A stretch of 64,000 bases of DNA, taken from positions 70,806,001-70,870,000 of the forward strand of contig CM052817.1 of assembly GCA_028534125.1 (NCBI GenBank), in the 5' to 3' direction. This DNA is from Lama glama (Eukaryota). Position 1 is the stretch's first letter, and each line of letters opens with the position of its first letter. Below are positions 12,771 to 25,193 of this stretch, one piece after another. Under the pieces are notes generated by a model. That model was not told the origin of the DNA. It worked only from the letters and a program-made list of their open reading frames with translations, and did no database searches. The position numbers and the translations under genes were made by a program.

Positions 12771-13696
12771 GCAACTTTATTGGTTGTTCTAATACAAAAC
12801 CACAGACTTGCCTTTTTTCTTTTTTTTTCATATAAACCATCATTTTAATAGAGTGTTAAGCTTTATTACCAGAAAAGGAAATGGAAACTTCCAGGGGTCT
12901 CTACTCATGGTCAAAGTCATGAAAAAATGACATTGAGTTTCTAGCATTACAAAGCAAATATCAAATCTAAACCTGGGGTTTTATGCAGCTAGTACATTTT
13001 AATTTGAAAATTGGGGCTTTGAGAATGAATCTTCACCACTTAACAAATATTCCATGAAGTAATCATTATTAACCACTAGTTTATATTAGTGTAGGTCCAG
13101 GGGAATCTTGTCTAATAAAACCACCAGATTGGGTGAATATACAGTATTCCAGTAAGAGTTCTTCATACAAAATATACAATTGTGATTATACCTTAAAAAC
13201 ATGTGACTTTTTTTCTCCTCATACTTTTTAAGATTAAATATTTCCCTGCTGGTACATAAAGTCAATTTACCCAAGAATTCACGAATGTTATTTATTTGTT
13301 TATCCCATTATATTTAATTTTTACAAATAATCAGTCTCAATTTTTTTGAGAATAAAATACTTCAACATCCATTGAACTTGTAGCCATTCAATAGGTAGAT
13401 CTAAAGCCACACAAAATGCCACGGTAAAGCTAAAAATTCAGGTCAAACCTGTCTAATCAAGACCCACAGATGTGCACTGCATCTAATAAGTTTTTTCCTC
13501 CATCCTTATATGGGGCCCACGGTATCAGCATTTTATAACTCATTTTAAATTATTTTTACCTTATATTTCATGACTACCAAATGTCTTTTCCAGCAAGAGG
13601 CAATCCCTATATTGAAAATGTTGTTTGATAGAACTGCATTAGAGAATAGTATAACAGATCACAAACATTTGAAAAGTTCTACTAATTGTCATACAG

Positions 13697-13970
13697 CCAT
13701 TCATCTATTCAACATTTATTAGACACCTGCCAGGGCCAACCACTGAAACTACAAATATAAAATATATAGCCCTGTCCTCAAGGAGTTCACATAGAATCTA
13801 GAGAAGGGACTTGACTCATCAGAGAAGATGATCCAGGGAAAGTGCTGATAATTAATGCTTCTCCCAGAGACGAGGAAGGGTCAATAAATACAGGCTGAAG
13901 TGAAAAAAATAAAAGTAAAAATAGGGAAGCTCCTATAAATAAAGTGTTGAGTGAATTAAGATAGACTGAG
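13697..13970 (-). mobile_element. L2 3' fragment
   Basis: CATTCATCTATTCAACATTTATT...CCCTGTCCTCAAGGAGTTCACA..TCTAG. Confidence 0.65.
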
Positions 13971-13974
13971 AATG

Positions 13975-14373
13975 GTACAGTGGGTTGAATTGTGGCCCCC
14001 AAGTCCTAGCCCTAGTACCCATGAATGAGACTTTGTTTGGAAAAAAAGGTCTTTGCAGCTGTAATTAATGAAGAGTCTCAAAAGCATCCTGGATTAACCA
14101 AGTGGGCTCTAAGTTTAATGACAAGTGTCTTTATAGTAAGAGGAGAAGGCCATGTGAAGGCAGCCAGAGACTGGAGTTATTCTGCCACAAGCCAGGAAAC
14201 ACCTAGAAGCTGGAAAAGGCAAAGTAGGATTTTCCCTCAGAGTTCAGAGGCAGCATTGCCCTGCTGACACCTAGATTTTGGATTGCTGTCCTCCAGAATT
14301 ATGAGGGAATAAATTTGTTTTCAGCTATCAAGTTTGCAGTAACTTGCAACAAGAGCCCTGGGAAATCAGTACA
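13975..14373 (+). mobile_element. MaLR solo LTR (MLT1C-like)
   Basis: TGGGTTGAATTGTGGCCCCC...GGTCTTTGCAG.TGTAATTAA...GCCACAAGCCA.G.AA..CCTAGAAGCTGGAAAAGGCAA...AATAAATTT...ACA. Confidence 0.88.
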
Positions 14374-15739
14374 GGTTGGGTATCTATAGGTAGATTTCCT
14401 GGTCTGAGAACAAATAACAGACACAAATATGCAGACAAACAAAATCAAGTTCCCAAATTGGAAAATAACATTCTCCTTCATAATGACAAGAGATGGGAAA
14501 GAGAGGGGTCCACATTGTCCTCAATCAGAAGCCCCATCTGTCACTGCCTCACTATGTCACTTGGACACATTCCTCTCAGAGCTTCAATTTCATTGTCTGT
14601 AGAGTGAGTGAGATGGAGGTAAAAATTGTTAAGGTTTAAAAATGTAGTGTAAACAAAACTTGAAAAACAGCCTGGAGAACCACTCACCCATCACACACTT
14701 GGGGGTTGCCGGTAAAAATCTACACTCAAAAACATTAAACGGAGGGTCTTGTGTTATTCCAGGGACCACAGTAGGCTGCAAAGCTCTATTCCCGCAGGGT
14801 TCTTCTAGGACTGGCCCTCATCTCCAGACCCTGCTCCTCCATTTTGATGCTGAACCTTTAGACCCAGTGGCGCGGGCACCACCTGCCATCCATACAGCCG
14901 ACACTCTTCCCAGCCAAGACGAATCCCAGGCCAAGTTTATCTTGTGAGTTAACAGGAGGCGACAAGCCTGGCAGGACATGAATTCTCCCTGCATGATTGA
15001 TTCAGCCTGGCCGGCCAGCTCCATGCTAATGAGGATGTGCCAGAGCCCACAACAAAAACAGTTTTGAATAATTTAAAACTTTAGAGCATGATTTGCCAGA
15101 TAACAGGATTCATTGTGTAATTATGGCCCAGTTAAATCTGCTTCTGGGGGTGCCCTCCTCAACAAACATCAGTGACTACAAGCTGCCCGTTATCAAAATT
15201 AACCATATAAATAAGGCAAAAGAGCAGAGACATGTTAATCTTGTGAGGCAAGACTGGGTGGGTAAAGCTGACCTGAGCTATCATGAACCACTGCTTCCTA
15301 AAGAACTGAGTAGAGTTTCAAAGGTAGTGCTTTAAAATGGGTAAGTGAATTAAACACAAGCAAAATATCTATTTTTGTCCATTATACTAGGCTTAATATA
15401 GACTGATCTTACAATTTATGGGGACCTAACTTCTTGCCCTAATTCAGTTATCTATTTAAATAAGTTTCTTTTTACCATTCTGGCAGTTTATGTTCTGTCC
15501 TTATACATCCCCATGCCAGTGATTCAAATACAGTATAACAAATTCAAATACCTGAAACGTTCCTTAAAAGAGGGAATTGTCAAGTACCTTTTCCCCAAGG
15601 AAATGAAACTCCAAAACTTTCTCAACTACATTAGGTAAGGGTTAATTTAACAATGGGCCCACGAGCTGTTGTTGTTTTAGCCTGAACATTGCGGAATTAA
15701 GGGGCAAAATAACAATAACCAGAACTTTTCACTTAGACA

Positions 15740-15930
15740 GAGCATCGTGCTGTAGAAAGAACACTGAACTAAATGTGGTGCCAATCAATTCAGATTGACA
15801 TTTGACCTTGTATTTGTTAACTATGTTGTGGCTGTGACAAACGAATCTCTCTAGGCCTCAGTTTCTTCACCTCAAAAAATAGATTTTAAAAACAATACCT
15901 AACCAAGCTTTGAGCTTCAAATCTAATGGA
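15740..15930 (+). mobile_element. MIR SINE fragment
   Basis: TGTAGAAAGAACACTGAACT...TCTCTCTAGGCCTCAGTTTCTTCACCTCAAAAAAT. Confidence 0.65.
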
Positions 15931-17449
15931 ATATTATATAGAGCTTTCCGTAACAACAGGCCTTAATAGGAGACAGTAGGGGGTCACTCAAGCAGGTAAC
16001 ATTAAGAGATATACTCAATGAAGCAATGTCAGACTTTCATTTTTTAAAAGGTGAGGGGAAAGTTGTCTGAAAATGTTTTTCCAAGTTTTGTCTGCCACTG
16101 AGGAAGAATTCAGGAAATCATACCCCCACTTCCTGATCTGAAGGCACAGCAAGTCATCTGCCACTAATGACAAGAGGACCTTCAAGGTGACAGTCACCAC
16201 CTGTGTCCCACTCTATTAAATCAACATCTCTGAGATTCTTCTGAACTGGCAAGAGCTGCACACCCTCTACTGAGTCACAGACAGCCTCCCAAGCAACCTG
16301 CCTGAACTGTCCTCGCCTCCCCCCCTCGCTGCACCTGACACAGCAACTGTTTGGGCAGCTCCCACAAGAGCTGCTGATTTCAAAGCCTGTCCCGTCCAAC
16401 TATGCATGTCCATCCCATCCTGTGACACACAGTCATCTGAGACCCCAGATATGCATTCATGATCCTAAACATTTGCTCCTCACTTCAATTTCTCTGAATT
16501 TCAGAAACAAAACTCCCTGTTAGAAACGTCCCTGGCAAGGGTAGAGAAAGGTAGCTTCCATGTGAGTATGTAGTAATTTTATCTCAATTTGTTCCACAAA
16601 TCTCATTCTTTGAAATAACTAGTCACAAAAGCACTTAATCAACACTTCCTGTGCTATAAACCTATAAATGTATTTTTTCAGATCTTCCACAAAACCAAAT
16701 TTTAAGTTTTAAAGTTGTATTTTTGTTAGTTCAGTCTTCTCTAGAGTTTGGAAACTTGGAAACTTACTAGAAAAGTTTATCAGACAGTTGCTTTATTTTT
16801 AAATAGAGGTCTAGAAAGTTCTGTGTATGTTTCTTATTATTTAATCAACAATTAAAAGTTAATGACAAAATGCATTGCATCTGAAATCAAAAGGGATTTT
16901 CCATGAGCAATGACTGTAAAATCAGCCCATTATGAAGAGATTTACATACTTTAATTATTGTGTTCCAAGGCTTTTGTCAAACAGATGCTGCAATGCAGTA
17001 AGCACCATGCGGTTTTAGTAAAATGTGAACTTTCTGTGCTTAGTGTATGTTGTTAGAAGGATAAACATGTTAAGATAGGAACATGCCTTGTTAGAGTGAG
17101 GCCTTCACTTTGGTGCAAATGTTTAATATCTTACTCTCAAAATTTATTTAGAGAGAAATGTAGGAAGATTAAAATATAGATAAATTGCTTGTAAATCTCA
17201 AGCTAATTAGTAAATACCCACAAATGACCATAACATTAGATCTTTGGCAACAATGCCAAAGCGACCTCAAAATACAAAGCTAAATTATGAGATAAATTTA
17301 ACTTTGAAGCCCGAATAAGGAGTCAAATGCATAAGTGTTCAGCCTTCTACTACTCCAGCTCTGATGACCAGATATAAAGAAAAACCAGAATGACAGTAAA
17401 ATGTAACCATACTTTTTTTTCACATATTTAAATTATATGGAAAAAGCAT

Positions 17450-17585
17450 GCTGGTCAAGTTACTTAACCTCTCTTTGCTTCAGTCTTCTTATCTGTGAAA
17501 TGGGGCTAATAGTAGTACTTATTGCATAGAATTACAATTAAACGAACTAACACATGACAAGTACTTAGAACAGAGCCTGGCACAG
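17450..17585 (+). mobile_element. MIR SINE 3' half
   Basis: CAAGTTACTTAACCTCTCTTTGCTTCAGTCTTCTTATCTGTGAAATGGGG...ACTTAGAACAGAGCCTGGCACA. Confidence 0.88.
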
Positions 17586-18128
17586 ATGGTGATAGTGATG
17601 ATTACATATAGGGCTTTCAGAATTCAGAGATTCTTTTAAAAATCTCTTATATTAAGAAGCTTTCCATTGAGAAGTTTGTAAAACAAACTTTAAATTTCTA
17701 TTTTTGAAGTTTAAAGATTCCTTTGAAATAATGTCATAAATGGCTACAATTTCAGAAAATAAAAGCAGTCTTTGCAAGTTACTTAAATTTTCAATGAAAA
17801 AATTAAAAGCTGGTTGTCTAATTTTTTAGTGTTTGTAAAAATGCTACTAAAATAATACTTTGATACACATGGTTGTAACATTTCTAGAATTTTTTTCATA
17901 AGGAAAGAGAACCGAACATATATTATCATAAATCCCAACGTTAATATCATCATGCAATACAAGTTTCCATAAAGGTCTTTCCAAAGGTCTGTATTGAAGG
18001 ATGCAAGTTCTGTACATTAGGAATCACTTCCTCACTGAGTTTCAGGCCATTAAATCACAACAATCTTGGAAATAAATCCTTAAATCTTTTCACCAGCCCA
18101 CCAAGTTTTTGCCAGCCCCTCTAACTTT

Positions 18129-18910
18129 TTTTTTAAACATTTTTTATTGATTTATAATCATTTTACAATGTTGTGTCAAATTCCAGTGTTCAGCACAATT
18201 TTTCAGTCATTCATGGACATATACACACTCATTGTCACATTTTTTTCTCTGTGATTTATCATAACANNNNNNNNNNNNNNNNNNNNNNNNNNNNNNNNNN
18301 NNNNNNNNNNNNNNNNNNNNNNNNNNNNNNNNNNNNNNNNNNNNNNNNNNNNNNNNNNNNNNNNNNNNNNNNNNNNNNNNNNNNNNNNNNNNNNNNNNNN
18401 NNNNNNNNNNNNNNNNNNNNNNNNNNNNNNNNNNNNNNNNNNNNNNNNNNNNNNNNNNNNNNNNNNNNNNNNNNNNNNNNNNNNNNNNNNNNNNNNNNNN
18501 NNNNNNNNNNNNNNNNNNNNNNNNNNNNNNNNNNNNNNNNNNNNNNNNNNNNNNNNNNNNNNNNNNNNNNNNNNNNNNNNNNNNNNNNNNNNNNNNNNNN
18601 NNNNNNNNNNNNNNNNNNNNNNNNNNNNNNNNNNNNNNNNNNNNNNNNNNNNNNNNNNNNNNNNNNNNNNNNNNNNNNNNNNNNNNNNNNNNNNNNNNNN
18701 NNNNNNNNNNNNNNNNNNNNNNNNNNNNNNNNNNNNNNNNNNNNNNNNNNNNNNNNNNNNNNNNNNTCCTTTGTCGAAGATTAGTTGACCAAAGGTTTGT
18801 GGGTTCATTTCTGGGCTCTCTATTCTGTTCCATTGATCCATATGTCTGTTTTGGTACCAATACCATGCTGTCTTGATGACTGTAGCTCTACAGTATTGTC
18901 TGAAGTCTGT
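18129..18910 (-). mobile_element. Young 5'-truncated L1 (camelid-type) spanning the assembly gap, with 15-bp TSD
   Basis: Poly(T) and L1 3' UTR left of the gap; ORF2 peptide ...[31 protein letters not shown] right of it; identical AGCCCCTCTAACTTT at 18114-18128 and 18911-18925. Confidence 0.92.
18267..18766. other. Assembly gap (500 N)
   Basis: Run of exactly 500 N. Confidence 1.
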
Positions 18911-18959
18911 AGCCCCTCTAACTTTATATTAATCCTTTGTTTCTTGAATTTTGTATGTG

Positions 18960-19100
18960 TTTGGGAGTCGGGGACAGAATCTCTTTAAGAACCTGACAAA
19001 AATTGTAAAACTTCTCCCCAGAAAATTAGCATACACATATCATTTTACATTCAAATTCCAGGGGCTTCACAGACCAGAGTTCCATCCATAAAACTCCCTA
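18960..19100. mobile_element. Small hAT-Charlie-type DNA transposon remnant
   Basis: CTTT.AGAACCTGA.AAAA.TGT...CTTCTCCCCAGAAAA.TAGCATACACA...TTCCAGGGGCTTCACAGACC recalls short Charlie derivatives. Confidence 0.55.
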
Positions 19101-21733
19101 CTCCAAATGGTGACTGTTTGATTTCACCATGAAATTAAATAAATTTAATAATTCATAAAGAAATCACTTACCCAAATGAAATATAGATTATATTAAATAA
19201 CATAAATGTAATCTCTACAGAGAGAGATTATATTATTACCTATATTAAAATGCTGTGATCTATATTTTGAAAGTAAAAATTAATTGCTAATTGTTCAAAC
19301 AGGATGTACTGTACTACTTTCAAGGTGGCTTGCTATTGTTTTAAATTATCTGTATAAAGTACAGAGCAGGATGTATGGGCAAGAGGGTAAGTTTTGTTCA
19401 ACACTAAGCAAAAGGAACCCGAAAGAGTGAACTACGGCATGATTATAGTGATCCCAACAACCATATATAATAGCGTTTGAATAAAGATGGCTTTCATTTA
19501 AAAAAAAATCAATATAACTGTTTAAAAATAAAACATTTGATAAACAAGGTAAAAGATTGGGCAATGTTTTTGGTGCATAGGTGCTATGACATTTTTCCAA
19601 TATTCTAACAGAGTGCTAAAGCACTAAGAATGCCCAGGTAATAGCTGAAAACAAAACTCATTTAGATAGCCCTATGTAAACTTTATAAAAACTTTCCTAT
19701 TAAACAAAACTCAGATTCTAGAGATTTAGAGTTTCCTCACCTCATGGGCAAGTGACTAAAGTCACACACAACATAAGGCCATTGGAATCAGAAGCAGATT
19801 CAGAGCCCTGGTGCCTACCCCAGCAGGTGTTAGGATAAATTGCAAACTGGCAGCCTGAGAACTTTTTGTACTATAATACAGAAAAGGTTTCCTATTAGCC
19901 CTTCAAGCTTCAAGCTGCTTTTCTGAGAACAATAGAGGTCACAGCATTAAAAAAAAAAAAAAACAGAACCAGCCTAGCTTTATCAAAATCCTTTTTGTCC
20001 CCATTTCACTGTTCATTATACTGCAACCTTTTTACATGGTGTCAGGAATATTTAAAACAAGGATTGGCCTAGTTACTTGCATTATATGCAACTATTAAAA
20101 CCATCATGTATTAATCTTGTAGGACCATTAACCCAAGTAATATGGTGAGAGAGAGAGAAGCGCCTCACCCCTCCCATACCTGCAAACATATTACAGGAGA
20201 CTTTAAAATAAATTAACCAGACCAGATTGTTCTCCATTCCCCCGCATCCTGATCATACAATATCAAGGACTCTGATCCTTTGCACCCATACCCACCTGCC
20301 ATAAATCTAGAAAGGAGAGAAAGAGAAGAGAATGTAAGGCAAGAGTGAGAGAGAAAAACTAATGATGAAGTTTGTACCAGTACCAAATGTTGAACAAAAG
20401 TCAAGCTCCAAGGTTTCCACTCATCAACCACATCTCAAGTCCCAGAAGCAAAGAACAACCATTTGTTTGGTAATTAGTGGGACAAATGCAAAGACTTTTA
20501 TTTCATTTTGCAGGCCTCACTTTTCTGTGCTTTTCTCTTTCTTTTTGCCCTACTCCATGTGATTTCAAGTCTTATAGGTCACTTTAAGGGTGGTTCAGAG
20601 ATACAGCAAGCACAGTTTTTCATCTTTATATTGATGAACTGTATGAGACATTTCAGATTCTCTAGAGCATCTCAAAAACATGTGAAACTCTAGTGTGAAA
20701 AATAGTATGCACTTTAAAGCATTCTTTGTCACTAGAAATAAATGCTGAACCTAAAAGCAAAAAACTTCAAGAAGGGCACAACACATGCCGGTCTGTATAT
20801 CTCGCTTGCTGTTTTTTAGTAAGACAGTGAGAAAATTCAGAATAGCGTTGTGATTTAGTGTCCAAGCTAAAAGGGTGAAGACTATATTAATTTTTAAACT
20901 TAAAATATTTATGAAGCCCATATTACTAATACCTTGAAAACACACAGCAGCTTTAAAAAAATGACTGAGCTCGGGAAACTCTTTCAAATGTTTTTTCACA
21001 AGTTTCCTTTGAAGCTCACTTCATGAAGAAAATGCTGCTGTCTAAAGTTCTTCAGGTTGGAGAATACAATGTTGTTATTGTCTTGCACCAGAGCTAGGGA
21101 AAGCATATATTAGTTGTTTCGGCTCTAGGTTTCCATGACTGAGCAAGCATATGGCTTTGTTCCAGATAGAAGTTATCAAGGAATTTTGCTTACAAAGAAG
21201 TGTTAAACTCAGTATTTTAATTAATATTCATATTTGCTTAAATGAAGCAATGGAGTCTATTAGTGGGGATTAACCCTCTCTCTCATAAACCCAAAATCCT
21301 CTAGAGAATTCTACTCTGGGAAGAGAGTGAGATGCATTAACACTCCATTAATATCTTCCTTGGAAACATTCTTTTTAACATTTATCTCTTCATCATTTCC
21401 TGAATCTGTAATGAAATGCTTGTGCTGGCATCTAACAAAAGGATTGTGTCCAGAGCCTAATGAAGTGTTAGACACCAAGGTAAGAAGCAAGTCTGGCTGC
21501 ACTGGCTCATAGTGGCGGATACAATGGTACTTTCTAGGCTATATTTAGCTCCACAGTCATGGTCAGTAGCCTTAAGACATAAGGTACGATCTGAAAGAAT
21601 TTCAAGTTCCAAAGCTGCCTGAACAGGCCAATCAGAGTTCTATTTTCTAAGTCATAAGCCAGACACTGAGGTAATTTCCATTTGTACATCCTTTCCTAAA
21701 GAGAGAGACTTCCTGAAAGTGACATTCTGTAAT

Positions 21734-21980
21734 GTCAGAATTTCAAGATGGAAGAGATCTCTCAGGTCACATATAGCAGCTTCCTGTCCTTTTCTTGAAA
21801 CCCTACAATATTCTTGCCAAGAGGTCCTTGTTCAGAGATGAGGAACTCACCACCTCATGAGAAAATTCATTCCTTATTCAAATGGTTCAAACTGTTCCAC
21901 AGTTCTTTCTTTAGTTGAGATTAAATCTTTCTCCCATAAAACCCCATTTCTTGGTCCTGATTCTGCCCTCTGGGGCCTCC
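21734..21980 (-). mobile_element. L3/CR1 LINE 3' fragment
   Basis: GATGAGGAACTCACCACCTC...GTTCTTTCTT...TTGAG..TAAATCT.TCTCCC...TTGGTCCT..TTCTGCCCTCTGGGGCC matches the recalled L3 tail. Confidence 0.7.
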
Positions 21981-22294
21981 AGAAGAAGATGAGTCAGTGG
22001 AAAATCTTCACTGGTATAAACAGATTTGAAATTCAAAGATTTGTAGAGAAAAAGAAAGTGTTATAAACAGTCAAGAATCTTAAGACCAAAGAAAGTCATT
22101 AAAATTAAAATTAAAAGCCATTAAAAAGAAGTATATGTAGCTTTGCTGCTTCCCTAATTATATACTTCATAATAACAGCTTTACTTCTCCTAAGATTATT
22201 CATATCATAAGACAGTCTAAACTCTAGGAAATATTTGCTTTACTTGGACAAGGCAAACTGAATCTTTGGGCTATACTAAATCTATGGGCTAAAA

Positions 22295-22500
22295 ATAATA
22301 ATCATTTTCTTATATTGAGCATTTGAACATACAAACAACACTGTGCTAAGTGTATTATACAATAGGCCTAAAGAATTATCACTCCCATTTCACAAATGAG
22401 AAAACTAAGAAAGATTAAGTAATGTATCCATAGTCACATAGGTACAAAGTAGAGGAGCCACAGGTTCAAATCTAGATCTAATACCAAACCTAAGTTTCTT
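22295..22500 (-). mobile_element. MIR SINE
   Basis: ATTGAGCATTT...CACTGTGCTAAGTG...CCCATTTCACAAATGAGAAAACTAAG...GTCACATAG.T..AAGTAGAGGAGCC..AGGTTCAAATCTAG. Confidence 0.85.
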
Positions 22501-22570
22501 CTCTCTTGCCTATGATTTAGATAAAGAATTTATATAGCGTTCCCACTATAATTAGGAACCACTACAGGTC

Positions 22571-22951
22571 TGTTATGGATTGAATGTTTCTGTTCCCCCC
22601 CAAATTCAATATGAAGCTCTAAACCCCAGTGTGGCTGTATTTGGGGATAAGGCCTCTAAGGAAGTAATTAAGGTTAAATAAGGTCATAAGGGTGGGGCCC
22701 TAAACTAATAGTGTTAGTGTCCTTATAAGAAGGGACACCAGAGGGCTCATTCTCTCTCCGTTATCATGTGAGGACGCAACACAGCAAGAAGGTGGCTATC
22801 TGCAAGACAGAAAGACACCACTCATCAGAAACCAACCCTGACAAACCTTGATCTGAGACTTCTAGCCTCTAACTGTGAGAAAGTTAATTTATGTTATTTA
22901 AGCCACCCAGTCTATAGTGTTTTGTTACGGCAGCCTAAGCAGATTAATGCA
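22571..22951 (+). mobile_element. MaLR solo LTR (MLT1A-like) with perfect 5-bp TSD
   Basis: TGTTATGG...TAAGCCACCCAGTCTA...GCAGCCTAAGCAGATTAATGCA; AGGTC at 22566-22570 and 22952-22956. Confidence 0.93.
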
Positions 22952-24249
22952 AGGTCTTTCTGCCATTTGCATTAATCTACCAAATATGTGAGAGAAGAGC
23001 ATCTTTCTCAACAGAACTTTGGTTATTATGCCAACCTTCAAATGGCTGTGATCTGGTGGAACAAAAGACAGCCACACTGCAGTCTCCTCCCCATGGCCCA
23101 CAAGCTGTCACTTTAGAGAAATCACTTCAATTCTTCATCATTCAGTCTTCTCAGCAAACTGAAAGATCTCACTCCTTTGTCCTATATGTATGAAAACAAA
23201 AATTTTTCTAATCTCTATTCATTTACCCTGATCATTTTTGCATATTGATTCCATTTTCCTCTTTTCTCAAATATTTCTTATGTCTTTGGATTTTTAAGGT
23301 AAAAAAAATTGAAGAAACACTTGATATAAATGGTCAAAATTTTCAGAGAGGAAAAGGATCTCTGGCTTCAAAATTAATTTTGTTTGAGAATGCATGCCAT
23401 ACCTCATATTTTATATTATTGCATGATGCCTATAAAAACATCCCAACACAATTTTTTAAAAAAAGCATCCCAAGAATGTTCTAGTAGATCCAGGAATTCT
23501 TGAAAATGCAAAAAAAAAAAAAAAAGTTCACCAAAGACAATGGAGGCCCTTCTGTGGTAACCCTTTTAAGTGGTCCTCTCCAGAAGGGTAGCTCATTCCA
23601 TAGTCCAACAAACTACACATGGTTACTACACCCAGGAGACAATAAAACATAGACTTCTCCACCTGGGGATAATTCTGGGGCCCTCTAAACAAATGTGGAA
23701 AGAACCATTTACATAATGTTTGCTTTCTAGATGCAAATAATCTGCTCCCAGAAGCTGATTTGACTAGAGAATGTTTCCGAAAAGATCCAAAGTCATGTAT
23801 TCAACATCACTGTATGATTTGCAGCCTTTTGTGGCCAAAACTTAGATTCAAAACTGTGTTCATCCATCTCACAAATTCAAACTATTGATGGTCTATGGAA
23901 AGTGATATGAAAAAATAAAGAATGGGCCAATGCAATTTTACCATTGTTACAGGGAAAAACTCTTAAGGGTATGATGCTGGGAAATCACCATAGTTATTTG
24001 TATATACCAAAAAAGGCAAATTTATAAAAATTACTTTCAAAATACTTGAAAGAAAAGAGACACTATAGAAAGAAATTACTGCAGTAGATACCACCTTTTT
24101 TAAATACTAGCATACAAAGTTCTGTGTTTCTGTATGTGTGTACTCTCTCTCTAGATATACATATTTAACAAACTTTTCCACCCTGTCTTCTTCTCAGTTA
24201 AAGACTCCTCCAGGTTTCTTTACTTCTATTTAGATTAGTAATAAAATTC

Positions 24250-24490
24250 AAAAAGCCTGAATTTGGGATTTTAGGATAAAAAGTTCAGATTTCCACCTTT
24301 GACACTAACCAGCTATAAAACTTAGGACAAGTTACTCAACGTCTCTGTGCCTCAGTTTTCTCACCTGTAAGCCTCTGAAAAGACTATTTGCTTCATAGAA
24401 TTAGTGGGAAAACTAAATGAGTTAATATAGAAAAGTATTTTAAATAGTATCTGGTACACTGTAAGAGCTACAGTATTTAGCACTATTAAT
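24250..24490 (+). mobile_element. MIR SINE
   Basis: CTTAGGACAAGTTACTCAACGTCTCTGTGCCTCAGTTTTCTCACCTGTAA...TAAATGAGTTAATA...TCTGGTACA. Confidence 0.85.
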
Positions 24491-25136
24491 TCATACATTT
24501 ACATTGTGGCACAGCTTCGAAAAATGAAGCTACTGTATAATTCCATATAATTATGTTTTTTCTACCCTCTGTGATTGGCATCTTCATTTGATTATAGTGA
24601 TATAATGTGGCAAAGCCAACTGCAATGGAGAAATGTGGTCATTCTTCTAAAACCAGCTGAACTCCTTGCCCAAGCTACGGTGGTATGATGTCTTCCCTTT
24701 CATTCTACAGCAAGTAAAGTACATCAACAGAAGAAAAAATGATGTAAGGATTAAAAACATCTTTCCTCCTTCTTCCTACTTAAAATTATATTCGATTAAG
24801 CAGCCCCTGAAGCAATATTTTCCAACTTCATGTTAAAGCACTTATGGAGACAGCCTCCCAAAAGGAAAAAAGTCACATAATAAAAAATGAGAGTAATGGG
24901 AGACCTATGACAAGAATCTGGAATAACTTGCCACTAATTACAAAGCCAATGAAACAAATCAGGAATCACAATCAATAAATCATAACTGCAGCATCAACTC
25001 TAATGTGGGATTATAGAGCCCATGGTCCTCCCCTACCATCTCTTCTTCAATTCACAAACACAAGAGCTACAACAAACAAAACTCCTACTTGCTTCTCAAG
25101 CCAGCTAGAATACTGCCCTATCCTGTTCTCTTCTCA

Positions 25137-25193
25137 CTAACTTACCTTCCATAATATACTGAGCTAACTCACCTTCCATAATAGACTGAGCTA
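25137..25193. repeat. 27-bp tandem duplication (2 mismatches)
   Basis: CTAACTTACCTTCCATAATATACTGAG (25137-25163) and CTAACTCACCTTCCATAATAGACTGAG (25164-25190). Confidence 0.95.

Noticed and set aside
18173..18866. ORFs of 203-219 aa, the longest in the track
   Set aside because: They are artefacts of the 500-N gap; the only real coding part is a short L1 ORF2 piece.
6071..25193. 24-27 bp repeats (6071, 11158/12655, 25137) as a CRISPR-like array
   Set aside because: Each has only two copies, the sequences are unrelated, there are no regular spacers or cas genes, and the context is mammalian.
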